In this document: piece after piece, positions 17,866 through 26,239 of the stretch
Position numbering within the stretch: the stretch's first letter is position 1
Layout: every line of letters starts with the position of its first letter
From: an uncultured Clostridia bacterium
GTDB lineage: Bacteria; Bacillota; Clostridia; TANB77; CAG-508
DNA: 61,578 nucleotides
Reading direction: 5' to 3'
Assembly (NCBI GenBank): GCA_944388705.1
Contig: CALXJU010000004.1
Span: forward strand, 1 to 61,578
The notes under the pieces: generated by a model
Seen by the model: the letters and a program-made list of their open reading frames with translations, nothing else
The model's database searches: none
Told to the model about the DNA's origin: nothing
Translations under genes and position numbers: made by a program

Positions 17866-18243
17866 TTACTTTTTATATATTTTATATTTATCACATAAAT
17901 TTAATGTACTTCTATTAGATATTATTTCTTTTGGTATCATATACATATCAGTTTCTTTTGTTACTACAAATAAATAATCAACATTTGTATCTATAACAGT
18001 TTTATATGTATTTCCTTTAGTTCCTCCACAACTTTTTAATGCTACTTGATAATTTCCATATTTAGTTTTACAAGATGTATATTTTACTTGTACACTCTCT
18101 ATTTTATTATCTTTATCTATTAATAAATCATAATCTTGGGTATCATTAAGTGGAATTGATACTATATATCCATTTGTAGTAAAATACGCTATTGCAATTC
18201 CTAATCCACAGTTTCCTTTTTGTTTATTTGTATAATCTATCAT
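17866..18243 (-). CDS. PD-(D/E)XK endonuclease of the group I intron-associated type (I-Ssp6803I-like family), free-standing
   Basis: 125 aa. KQKGNCGLGIAIAYFTTNGYIVSIPLNDTQDYDLLIDKDNKIESVQVKY fits the family pattern (KG...GY.V..P..D...YDL..D....VQVKY), giving a D-x(n)-(E/Q)-x-K core. Confidence 0.6.
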   Translation of the reverse strand: MIDYTNKQKGNCGLGIAIAYFTTNGYIVSIPLNDTQDYDLLIDKDNKIESVQVKYTSCKTKYGNYQVALKSCGGTKGNTYKTVIDTNVDYLFVVTKETDMYMIPKEIISNRSTLNLCDKYKIYKK

Positions 18244-18259
18244 TTCTTCATCTCCCCAT

Positions 18260-18296
18260 AAAAAAAATAAACTTAGAAGAGTATTCTTCTAAGTTT
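18260..18296 (-). terminator. strong intrinsic terminator immediately after tRNA-Tyr
   Basis: AAACTTAGAAGA/TCTTCTAAGTTT perfect 12-bp stem, 4-nt loop, then A-TTTTTTTT on the minus strand. Confidence 0.8.
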
Positions 18297-18299
18297 GGG

Positions 18300-18600
18300 T
18301 GGTGGACAGGGATGGATTCGAACCATCGTACTCGTATGAGAACAGATTTCTTACTACTATAGTTTTCACTACCATATACATGTTTGTAGTCTGGACTTTC
18401 TCTTCATCTCTTTTAGATGCCTGGTATAAAGTCTCTACACTCGAAATTTCTTTCTAGCTCGGGATTATCATCAGCATTATCTGTTAAGACTTCCCCGAAT
18501 TAGCCAAGTTTTCACTATACAATTCCTTGTATAGGCTGCAATTTCTGCTTGTTCAGCAAAGCATACAGTCTGCCGCCTTTAGCCACTCGGCCACCTGTCC
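18300..18600 (-). tRNA. tRNA-Tyr (anticodon GTA), class II, interrupted by a 215-nt intron in the anticodon loop
   Basis: Exon 1 (18565-18600) is GGACAGGTGGCCGAGTGGCTAAAGGCGGCAGACTGT. Exon 2 (18300-18349) is AAATCTGTTCTCATACGAGTACGATGGTTCGAATCCATCCCTGTCCACCA. Joined, they give an 86-nt tRNA with loop CTGTAAA, a long variable arm and an encoded CCA. Confidence 0.85.
18350..18564 (-). ncRNA. group I intron (IC3-like) inserted between U35 and A36 of tRNA-Tyr
   Basis: The intron follows a U and ends in G. Hairpins fit P2 (CTATACAA/TTGTATAG), P3 (CTTGG/CCAGG), P8 (CATCT/AGATG) and P9 (ACTAC/GTAGT). Core strings AATTCGGGGAAGTCTTAA and GTGTAGAGACT resemble the recalled Azoarcus tRNA-Ile intron. Confidence 0.75.
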
Positions 18601-18633
18601 AAATTTTTTTATTATAAAACTATAATAAAAAAA

Positions 18634-18710
18634 TGGTGCTCCCGCTAGGACTTGAACCTAGGACCCACCGGTTATGAGCCGGTTGCTCTGACCAACTGAG
18701 CTACGGGAGC
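18634..18710 (-). tRNA. tRNA with CAT anticodon: tRNA-Ile2 (lysidine type) or elongator tRNA-Met; not an initiator
   Basis: Cloverleaf GCTCCCG...CGGGAGC-A-CCA with anticodon loop CTCATAA. The paired 1:72 position excludes fMet. The overall sequence resembles recalled B. subtilis tRNA-Ile(CAU). Confidence 0.8.
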
Positions 18711-18751
18711 ATTTCATTTTGTGTTAAGCTTTATTACTTAACGCAAGTCTA

Positions 18752-18780
18752 AGTATAATCTATTTTTGTATCTTTGTCAA
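18752..18780 (-). promoter_or_regulatory. sigma-A promoter of the tRNA operon
   Basis: Minus strand TTGACA-17 nt-TATACT. Confidence 0.6.
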
Positions 18781-18860
18781 TAGTTTTTTCAAAAAAAATC
18801 AAAAATTTTTAATAAAATTGTAAATTAAATAAAAAGAGCATATTATCTATGCCCTTCATT

Positions 18861-19169
18861 TTATAAATTTTCTTTTTTCTTTCCAAAAGTAACTTCTTGG
18901 AATAAGAAATCTTTAACTTTAGTCCAAGTAACTTCTTGATATAAGAAATCATTTATTTCATCTTCAATTTTTTGTTGATATGGTGTAAGTTCAACTTTAA
19001 TTGGATAGAATAGAACTGATTTTAATTTGTTCCAAAATCCTACTTTTGCTGGTAAATTTGCACCAACATTTGCAACATTAGAAACATTTTCATTATTTCC
19101 GTTTACTACTCCAACATCTTCTGTTTTTACTCCTCCAAATACTCCTGGAACTTCTTCTATATTTGCCAT
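18861..19169 (-). CDS. hypothetical protein (102 aa) with an internal DFL(Y/F)QEVT(W/F) duplication
   Basis: ORF with AAAGGAGG RBS; upstream TTGATA-17 nt-TATAAA. Confidence 0.5.
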   Translation of the reverse strand: MANIEEVPGVFGGVKTEDVGVVNGNNENVSNVANVGANLPAKVGFWNKLKSVLFYPIKVELTPYQQKIEDEINDFLYQEVTWTKVKDFLFQEVTFGKKKENL

Positions 19170-19297
19170 AATAAATTCCTCCTTTGTAGTAATAATTCTC
19201 TTCTAACATATTTATATAATAATCTCCCAAAATTATCAAGTATTTTTGGAAATTTTTATATTAAATTTATATTACAATAATATTACAATTGTAACAT

Positions 19298-20587
19298 TTA
19301 TGCTAGGACAAAATCAATATCAGCATTAATAACTTCAACTTCTCTTAATATATTGTCTAAATTTTCATTAGTTTTATATTTCACTAATATATAATTTTGA
19401 GTATGACCTTTATAATATTCTTCATCTCTATCTTCAAATAAAACTTCAACTTTTTTCCCCATTAGACTTGCATTATATTCTTTTTGATTTTTATTAGATA
19501 AATCAATTAATATCTTACTACGTTGTTCTTTAATATTTCCATCAACTTGTTCTTTCATTTCTGCAGCTCTAGTTCCTTTTCTCTTTGAATATGGAAAAAC
19601 ATGCATTTTATAAAATTTAATTTCTTTTAAAAATTCAAAAGTTTTATTAAATTCCTCTTCTGTCTCTCCAGGAAATCCTACGATTACATCAGTAGTAAGA
19701 ATCACATCATCATAATACTTACGTAATCTTTGAACAATTTCTCTAAATTCTTGAGTAGTGTATTTTCTATTCATTCTTTTTAAAGTTTCATCACAACCAC
19801 TTTGTAATGATAGATGAAAATGGTGACACATCTTATCTAATTTTGTCAATCTTTGTACAAATTCTTCTGTTATAATTTTAGGCTCTAATGAACCTAATCT
19901 TATTCTTTGTATTCCATCTATATCATTTAAATTTTCCAAAAGTTCTATTAAGCCATTTTCATTGTTAAAATCTCTACCATATGATGAAATATGTATTCCT
20001 GTTATTACAACCTCTTTAATTCCTTTTTGAGCGATTTTTTTGATTTCTTTTATTATCTCTTCAGGTCGTCTACTTCTTACTCTACCTCTTGCATATGGAA
20101 TTATACAATATGAACAAAATTGATTACATCCATCTTGAATTTTTATAACTGCTCTAGTCTTTTCTGTATAAGTAATTTGACCCATCTCAGAAAATTCTTT
20201 TTGCATTCCAATATCATCTATTTCTACTATTTTTTCTTTATTGTTTATGAATTCTTCCACATATTTGACTATATCTTTTTTTTCTGTATTACCTAATACT
20301 ATATCTATTTCTGGCATTTCTTCCAATTCTTCTTTTGATACTTGTGCATAACAGCCTGTTGCAACAATTATAGCATTCTTATTTTTGTCTTTTACTTTTC
20401 TTAATTCATGTCTTGATTTTCTATCAGATATATTTGTTACTGTACATGTATTTACTACACATATATCTGATATATCATTATTCATATCTACTATTTCATA
20501 TCCTGCTTCTTTAAATTTTTGTATCATTGCATTTGTTTCATATTGATTTACTTTACACCCTAATGTATAAAAACTTACTTTTTTCAT
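19298..20587 (-). CDS. mtaB: tRNA t6A37 methylthiotransferase MtaB (radical SAM)
   Basis: MKKVSFYTLGCKVNQYE N-terminus, CNQFCSYC radical-SAM cluster motif and a C-terminal TRAM-like region. Confidence 0.85.
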   Translation of the reverse strand: MKKVSFYTLGCKVNQYETNAMIQKFKEAGYEIVDMNNDISDICVVNTCTVTNISDRKSRHELRKVKDKNKNAIIVATGCYAQVSKEELEEMPEIDIVLGNTEKKDIVKYVEEFINNKEKIVEIDDIGMQKEFSEMGQITYTEKTRAVIKIQDGCNQFCSYCIIPYARGRVRSRRPEEIIKEIKKIAQKGIKEVVITGIHISSYGRDFNNENGLIELLENLNDIDGIQRIRLGSLEPKIITEEFVQRLTKLDKMCHHFHLSLQSGCDETLKRMNRKYTTQEFREIVQRLRKYYDDVILTTDVIVGFPGETEEEFNKTFEFLKEIKFYKMHVFPYSKRKGTRAAEMKEQVDGNIKEQRSKILIDLSNKNQKEYNASLMGKKVEVLFEDRDEEYYKGHTQNYILVKYKTNENLDNILREVEVINADIDFVLA

Positions 20588-20600
20588 TCATATCCCTTCT

Positions 20601-21482
20601 TTATAATGTTGCTCCTATTATTCCTGCATCATTTTTAAATTTTGCATGTTTAATTATTATATCATCTCTTTTATTAAATAGCAAGTTTCCACTTAATAAG
20701 GCTTTTTTTAGAGGCTCTTTTAATATATCTTCATATTCTGCAAAACTTCCTCCTATACATATTGCTTCTGGTTCAAATATATTTATTATATTTGAAATTC
20801 CTATACTTAAATCTTCTATATAATTATTGATTATATATTTTAATCTTGGTTCTTCACTGTTTTCCTTTAAAAAACTTTTTATTGTATTTCCATCTATTGT
20901 TCCTAAATTGAATTCTTTTGCAATTTTTTCTTTAAATCTTTTAAAACTTGCATATGTTTCAAAACAACCTCTTTTTCCACAATTACACATTATTCCGTTT
21001 TTTTGTATTATTGTATGGCTAAATTCAAATCCTGGAACGTTTTGTGCTTCTAAGAGTTTACCATCAAATATTACTGCTCCACCAATTCCTGTTCCTATAC
21101 ATAAAAATATACTATTTTTATATTCTGCCAATTCTCCATATTTTTGTTCTGCAAGTGCTGCACATTTGGCATCATTTCTCAATCTCATTGGTAATTTAAG
21201 AATACCTTCAAGTTTTGACACAATATCATAATTTTCTATTCCTAAATTTACTGCTTTAATTATTTTATTATTAGAAATTGTACCAGGTACTGCCATTCCA
21301 ATTTCATCTACTTCATTTGTTAATTGCATCTGCATTACTTTTTCTATTACAAATTCTTCTATCTGTTTTTCTATATTAGTTTTTTCTACTATATATTTTT
21401 CTTCTTTACATATGATATTTCCTTTTTCATCTACTACACCAATTCCTATATGACTTCCACCTAAGTCAATTCCTATTTTCAT
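20601..21482 (-). CDS. glcK: ROK family sugar kinase (glucokinase-like)
   Basis: MKIGIDLGGSHIGIGVVD N-terminus and the zinc motif CNCGKRGCFETYAS. Confidence 0.8.
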   Translation of the reverse strand: MKIGIDLGGSHIGIGVVDEKGNIICKEEKYIVEKTNIEKQIEEFVIEKVMQMQLTNEVDEIGMAVPGTISNNKIIKAVNLGIENYDIVSKLEGILKLPMRLRNDAKCAALAEQKYGELAEYKNSIFLCIGTGIGGAVIFDGKLLEAQNVPGFEFSHTIIQKNGIMCNCGKRGCFETYASFKRFKEKIAKEFNLGTIDGNTIKSFLKENSEEPRLKYIINNYIEDLSIGISNIINIFEPEAICIGGSFAEYEDILKEPLKKALLSGNLLFNKRDDIIIKHAKFKNDAGIIGATL

Positions 21483-21496
21483 TTTTTCCCTCCTAA

Positions 21497-21600
21497 TTTT
21501 AAAAGATTTTATATATTACTATGTAATAAGGTCAAGACCCCCGACGAAGACCCAGAATATGTTTTGACCATGGAATAGTAATATATAAAATATTTTAAAA
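21497..21600. repeat. family B palindromic element, copy B1
   Basis: Outer arms of 26 nt (TTTTAAAAGATTTTATATATTACTAT and its complement) pair at 25 of 26. Inner stem is GGTCAA/TTGACC. Loop is GACCCCCGACGAAGACCCAGAATATGTT. Confidence 0.85.
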
Positions 21601-21612
21601 ATACTATGCAAA

Positions 21613-21645
21613 AAGGTATATAACTTTCTTGCAGTCATATACCTT
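21613..21645 (-). terminator. terminator after pilC
   Basis: AAGGTATAT/ATATACCTT stem with T-runs on both strands. Confidence 0.6.
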
Positions 21646-21659
21646 CTTTTTTGCTTTTA

Positions 21660-23003
21660 TTAATTTAGATATGCATCGAATAAGAAACTTCCCATGTATA
21701 CTTGAATTACTGGTACTAATACTACACATACGAAGAATATCAATACTATACCAACAATCGAGTATGCAATCTCTGGCATTACTTTCATAATTCTTTGAAT
21801 TGAATTATCTATATCCATATCCATATATTCTAATAATTTTCCTAACATTTCTGTTAAATCTGTCTGCATTCCTATTTTTAACATCTCTGTTGTCATAGGT
21901 GAGCATAATCCTGATTTTTCAAATGGGTCAATCCATGAATAACCTGTAAGCATATTATTTATTGAAGTTTCTACTATTGATAGCATAACATAATTATTTA
22001 CAACATTTTTACTTACTTCAAGAGCATCTTGAATTCTCATACCATTTTCCATATTTAAATGCATTGCTTTCATTAATCTTGAAAAATCTAGTGAAAATAT
22101 CAATTTTCCAAATATAGGCATTGTATATTTAAAATAATGGAAATTATATTTTCCTTTTGGAGTATTAATATAGAATAATATTCCTCCAACTATTCCAATG
22201 ATGACTAATGTAGGTATATACCAATATTTCATTGCCAATTTTACAAATTCTTGGAACCATAGTGTAATAGCTGGTAACTGTGTTTCTGTACCTAATTCAT
22301 CAAATAGATTTTGAATTTGTGGTATTGCAAATAATGTTCCTCCTATTAATAATATAAATATTATTACAAATTGCAAAACATTTGGTATAATAATACCTTT
22401 TATTCTTTTAGTTATTTTATCATTATCTTCAAGATATGTTACTGCTTGGCCTAATGCATTTGTTAAAGAACCTGATAATTCTCCTACTTTTATCATATTT
22501 ATGTATATATATGGAAATATATCAGCATAATATTCCATTGTTGTATACATATATTCTCCGGCTTCAACTCCTGCTAGTATATCTTCTAAAACTCCTTTTA
22601 GTGTAATATTTTCAGTGCTTTGTATGATTGTACTTAATGCATGAATATTATTGAAATTTGCCTTTTTTAGTAAATAGAAATTTTCTGTAAATATTATTAT
22701 ATCTCTAACTTTTACTTTCTCGGTTGCTGCTAAATATAAATTAATTTTTTCTATTCCTGATAATTGCTTTACATTCTGTCTTGTATTTACTTGTGTTGTA
22801 TTTACATTTTTTAATACATCTTGTATATTTGTAATATTTTTCTTCTTTTTTACTTGTCCTTTATATGCAACCTGAATTACTTCTATTGGAGTTATTCCAT
22901 TATTTTTTAGTTTTTTTACTAGTGTCTGTTTATTAGCTTCTTCTACTTTATTTTTTACAATCAAGCCCTTATCAGTTACTGCTCTATAAACATATACTGG
23001 CAT
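21660..23003 (-). CDS. pilC: type IV pilus platform protein PilC (GspF family)
   Basis: 447 aa, two GspF-like repeats and three TM segments. Confidence 0.85.
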   Translation of the reverse strand: MPVYVYRAVTDKGLIVKNKVEEANKQTLVKKLKNNGITPIEVIQVAYKGQVKKKKNITNIQDVLKNVNTTQVNTRQNVKQLSGIEKINLYLAATEKVKVRDIIIFTENFYLLKKANFNNIHALSTIIQSTENITLKGVLEDILAGVEAGEYMYTTMEYYADIFPYIYINMIKVGELSGSLTNALGQAVTYLEDNDKITKRIKGIIIPNVLQFVIIFILLIGGTLFAIPQIQNLFDELGTETQLPAITLWFQEFVKLAMKYWYIPTLVIIGIVGGILFYINTPKGKYNFHYFKYTMPIFGKLIFSLDFSRLMKAMHLNMENGMRIQDALEVSKNVVNNYVMLSIVETSINNMLTGYSWIDPFEKSGLCSPMTTEMLKIGMQTDLTEMLGKLLEYMDMDIDNSIQRIMKVMPEIAYSIVGIVLIFFVCVVLVPVIQVYMGSFLFDAYLN

Positions 23004-23027
23004 TTTTTTCTCCTTTCATTCTGTTTT

Positions 23028-24140
23028 TTAATTCTTTTGCTCATTTCCCATTTTTATACGTAATTGCATTATTGTTCTATTTAATGTCTCTATATTTTTT
23101 TCTTCTACTTGTATTTTTGCTTGTTCAAGTGTTATTTTATTTTCTACAAATAATTTTGCAATTGAATTTATTAAACTTATACTTCCTTTATCTTGTCCAC
23201 TTTGTATAGCATCTTCAATCTCTGATACACTTATTTTTTCTTTTCTCATAACACCTGCTACTACATTATCAACTACCATTACTTCTGGTACTAATTCTAG
23301 CTTTCCTGAAGTTCCAACTAATAATCTTTGTGATATTACAAGTTTTAATAATGCTGATAATAAATATTTTATTTGCATTTGGTCTCTTACATCATAGAAG
23401 TTTATCATTCTGTCTATTGTTTCTGCACATGATTTTGTATGTAATGTTCCTATTACTAAATGTCCTGATTCTGCCATTTCTATTGCTGCTTCCATTGTAA
23501 CTTTATCTCTAATCTCTCCTATTACTAGTATGTCACAGTCTTCTCTTAATGCATTTTTTACACCATCATGATATGTTAAACAATCCATTCCTTCTCCTAC
23601 TTCTTTTTGTACTATTATCGAATTATGTGATGTATGTTTATATTCTATTGGGCTTTCTAGTGATAATATCTTTTTGTTTTGTGTTTCATTTATATGATTT
23701 ACTAATGCATTTAATGTTGTTGATTTACCAGAGTTTGTTTTTCCTGTTACTAATATTAATCCTTGTGGCTGATAAGTCATTCTTCTTACTATATCAGGAA
23801 CTCCTAAGTCTTCATATTTAGGTAATTCATTTTTTATAATTCTCATTGTACATACTGGCACTCCACCTGAATATGATATATTTACCCTTAAACGAATTCC
23901 ATTATACTCATATGAAGTATCCAATTTTTTTGTTTCATTAAATACATGATCTTTATCTACATTTCCTTTTATAACTGTATCATATAAATCATACATGTCT
24001 TCATCTTTTAGTACTTGTGAACCTTCTAATTCTACTAAAGATCTTGTAATTCTAAGCATTGGTTTTAATCCTGATATCCAATGTATATCTGATGCATCTT
24101 TTTCTATTGCTTTTTCTATGACTTGGTCTATATTAATCAT
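23028..24140 (-). CDS. pilT: type IV pilus retraction ATPase PilT
   Basis: 370 aa with Walker A GKTNSGKST and the GEIRD and GHLVIGTLHT motifs. Confidence 0.85.
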   Translation of the reverse strand: MINIDQVIEKAIEKDASDIHWISGLKPMLRITRSLVELEGSQVLKDEDMYDLYDTVIKGNVDKDHVFNETKKLDTSYEYNGIRLRVNISYSGGVPVCTMRIIKNELPKYEDLGVPDIVRRMTYQPQGLILVTGKTNSGKSTTLNALVNHINETQNKKILSLESPIEYKHTSHNSIIVQKEVGEGMDCLTYHDGVKNALREDCDILVIGEIRDKVTMEAAIEMAESGHLVIGTLHTKSCAETIDRMINFYDVRDQMQIKYLLSALLKLVISQRLLVGTSGKLELVPEVMVVDNVVAGVMRKEKISVSEIEDAIQSGQDKGSISLINSIAKLFVENKITLEQAKIQVEEKNIETLNRTIMQLRIKMGNEQKN

Positions 24141-24161
24141 ATTTTTTCCTCCTTCAAATGA

Positions 24162-25799
24162 CTAAAACAATAATATTTTTCTATTTAATTCATCTAGATT
24201 TGTTATTCCTTCTAGTACTTTATTTATTCCATCTACACATAGTGGTTTATATTTTCCTAATAATGCTTGTTTTTTTATTTCAATACTTGAAGCTCCATTC
24301 ATTATTAATTCTTTTATATCATCATCTATATCTAATATTTCAAATATTCCTATTCTGTCATAATATCCTGTATTATTACAATAATCACATCCGATTGCTT
24401 CATATGTTTTTATGCCTTTTAAGTCAAATTCTGTATTATACCTTTTTCCTATTTTTTCTATTATATTTTTTTCTTCTTGTGTAAATTCTCTTTCTCTTCT
24501 ACATTTTGGACATAATTTTCTTACTAACCTTTGTGATATACTTGTTGCTAATGTACTTGCTATATCATAATCTGGTAATCCTATTTTTCTTAATCTTGTT
24601 ATTACTTCTACTGCATCAATTGTATGTATTGTAGATAATACATAATGTCCTGTTTGTCCAGATTGTATTGCTATTTCTGCTGTTTCTTTATCACGAATTT
24701 CTCCTACTAGTATTATATCTGGATCTTGTCTTAATACTGTTCTTAATGCATCAGAAAATGTTGTCTTTACATCAACTTCTATTTGATTTAACCCATCTAT
24801 ACGAATTTCTACCGGATCTTCTATTGTTGTTATATTTATTTCTGGTCTATTTAAATAATCTATAAAACTATATAATGTTGTTGTTTTACCTTCTCCTGTT
24901 GGTGCTGCTATTACTGTTATACTATTTCTTTTATTTATACTTTTATTTAATTCTGCTTCTGTTCCAGGATATCCTAATTCAAATATATTTCTTATATTTG
25001 AATTTTTCTTTAATAATCTTAATACAAATTTTTCTCCATATACATTTTTCTGTGAAGATACACGTATGTTATAATCGTCATACATCAATATTCTACCATC
25101 TTGTGATTCTTGTTTTTCTTGATGCATATTTGATATTGCTTTCAATCTTCCTATTATTTGTGGTTGTTTATCTTTTGGTAAAGATGTTGCTGTAAATAAT
25201 TCTCCATCTATTCTATATCTTACTCTTACTTCATCTTTTTCTGGTTCTATATGTATATCACTTGCTCTTTTTTCCATAGCTGTTCTTATTACTGAATCTA
25301 CTATTTGTGTAATATTATCATCTTGTCCAAGTCTTCTCATATCTTTATCAGCTGTTCCACCTAGATTTCTTAGAGCTACTTCTATTAGATTTCCAAATGT
25401 TATATATGGTTCTATTACTAACCCTTTATTTAACATTAATAATCTAATTGTATCTATATTTCTTGCATTTGTAGTATCTGCAAAACATACTTTTATCTTA
25501 CCATTTTCTATATCAAAAGGTATTGCTTTATTTCTTCTTGCTATTTCTAATGAAATATAATTAAGTACATCTATTCTTATTTTTTCTGGTGATAATATTA
25601 TACCTTTTACTCCTATAATTTCTCCTATTGCTTCTATTAATACTGTTGAATCACATACATTTAATTCATTTAGTATTTCTCCTATTTTTTTGCTTGAGTC
25701 TCTTTTTTGTTCCTGTAAAGCCATTTCTATATCTGCTTCTGTAACTATTCCTCTTTTTACTAGTTCAATTCCTATTGGTTGACGTTTTCTTACATCCAT
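24162..25799 (-). CDS. pilB: type IV pilus assembly ATPase PilB (GspE family) with N-terminal T2SSE_N/MshEN-like domain
   Basis: Walker A PTGEGKTTT, plus GEIRD and tetracysteine CPKC...CDYC motifs. Start placed at the second ATG (25799), 7 nt after GGAGG; the ORF extends to 25805. Confidence 0.85.
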   Translation of the reverse strand: MDVRKRQPIGIELVKRGIVTEADIEMALQEQKRDSSKKIGEILNELNVCDSTVLIEAIGEIIGVKGIILSPEKIRIDVLNYISLEIARRNKAIPFDIENGKIKVCFADTTNARNIDTIRLLMLNKGLVIEPYITFGNLIEVALRNLGGTADKDMRRLGQDDNITQIVDSVIRTAMEKRASDIHIEPEKDEVRVRYRIDGELFTATSLPKDKQPQIIGRLKAISNMHQEKQESQDGRILMYDDYNIRVSSQKNVYGEKFVLRLLKKNSNIRNIFELGYPGTEAELNKSINKRNSITVIAAPTGEGKTTTLYSFIDYLNRPEINITTIEDPVEIRIDGLNQIEVDVKTTFSDALRTVLRQDPDIILVGEIRDKETAEIAIQSGQTGHYVLSTIHTIDAVEVITRLRKIGLPDYDIASTLATSISQRLVRKLCPKCRREREFTQEEKNIIEKIGKRYNTEFDLKGIKTYEAIGCDYCNNTGYYDRIGIFEILDIDDDIKELIMNGASSIEIKKQALLGKYKPLCVDGINKVLEGITNLDELNRKILLF

Positions 25800-25815
25800 T
25801 TTCATTCCTCCAATC

Positions 25816-26226
25816 TTATTTAGCTACAGTAAATGTAGAACTATAATATTTATCTTGTATTTTCATATTGACATATATTTCTTTCGTATCTTCATTATAG
25901 TAAAATTCACAAAATTCTATATCTTTTGCTATTTTTACTTTCCCTCTATATATGCTTCCATTTTGATAGGTATATTGATTTTGTGTTTGCGAAAATATTA
26001 TATAATTACTTTCACATGTTTCTACTTCATTTCCTTCTATATTTATTTCATCAGTAAAATAACTATTAAATTTTAAGTATTCTGCATTAGCAGCTGTATT
26101 TTCTTCGGCATTGTTTACATTTCTATAAAAGTAAGTTATTATTCTACCTATAAGAAGAACTACAACTGTTAGTGCAATTACATATATCATTATAGATGTT
26201 AGTGTTACACCTTTTTCTGACTTCAT
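25816..26226 (-). CDS. pilin-like protein (minor pilin candidate), Ser at +5
   Basis: MKSEKG/VTLTSIMIYVIALTVVVLLIG prepilin-like leader. Start at the second ATG behind GGAGG; the ORF extends to 26238. Confidence 0.6.
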   Translation of the reverse strand: MKSEKGVTLTSIMIYVIALTVVVLLIGRIITYFYRNVNNAEENTAANAEYLKFNSYFTDEINIEGNEVETCESNYIIFSQTQNQYTYQNGSIYRGKVKIAKDIEFCEFYYNEDTKEIYVNMKIQDKYYSSTFTVAK

Positions 26227-26239
26227 ATTTGCCTCCATG

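Noticed and set aside
19283-19294. Perfect 12-bp palindrome TTACAATTGTAA (a related TACAATTGTA lies at 4834-4843), considered as a shared operator.
   Set aside because: There are only two short AT-rich occurrences in different contexts, which is indistinguishable from chance in this composition.
26224-26238. Identical 15-mer ATGGAGGCAAATATG (MEANM) at the starts of two unrelated genes (also at 35374-35388).
   Set aside because: It is most simply an SD (GGAGG) plus a short A/T spacer plus ATG, with a chance upstream ATG. There is no extended similarity around it.
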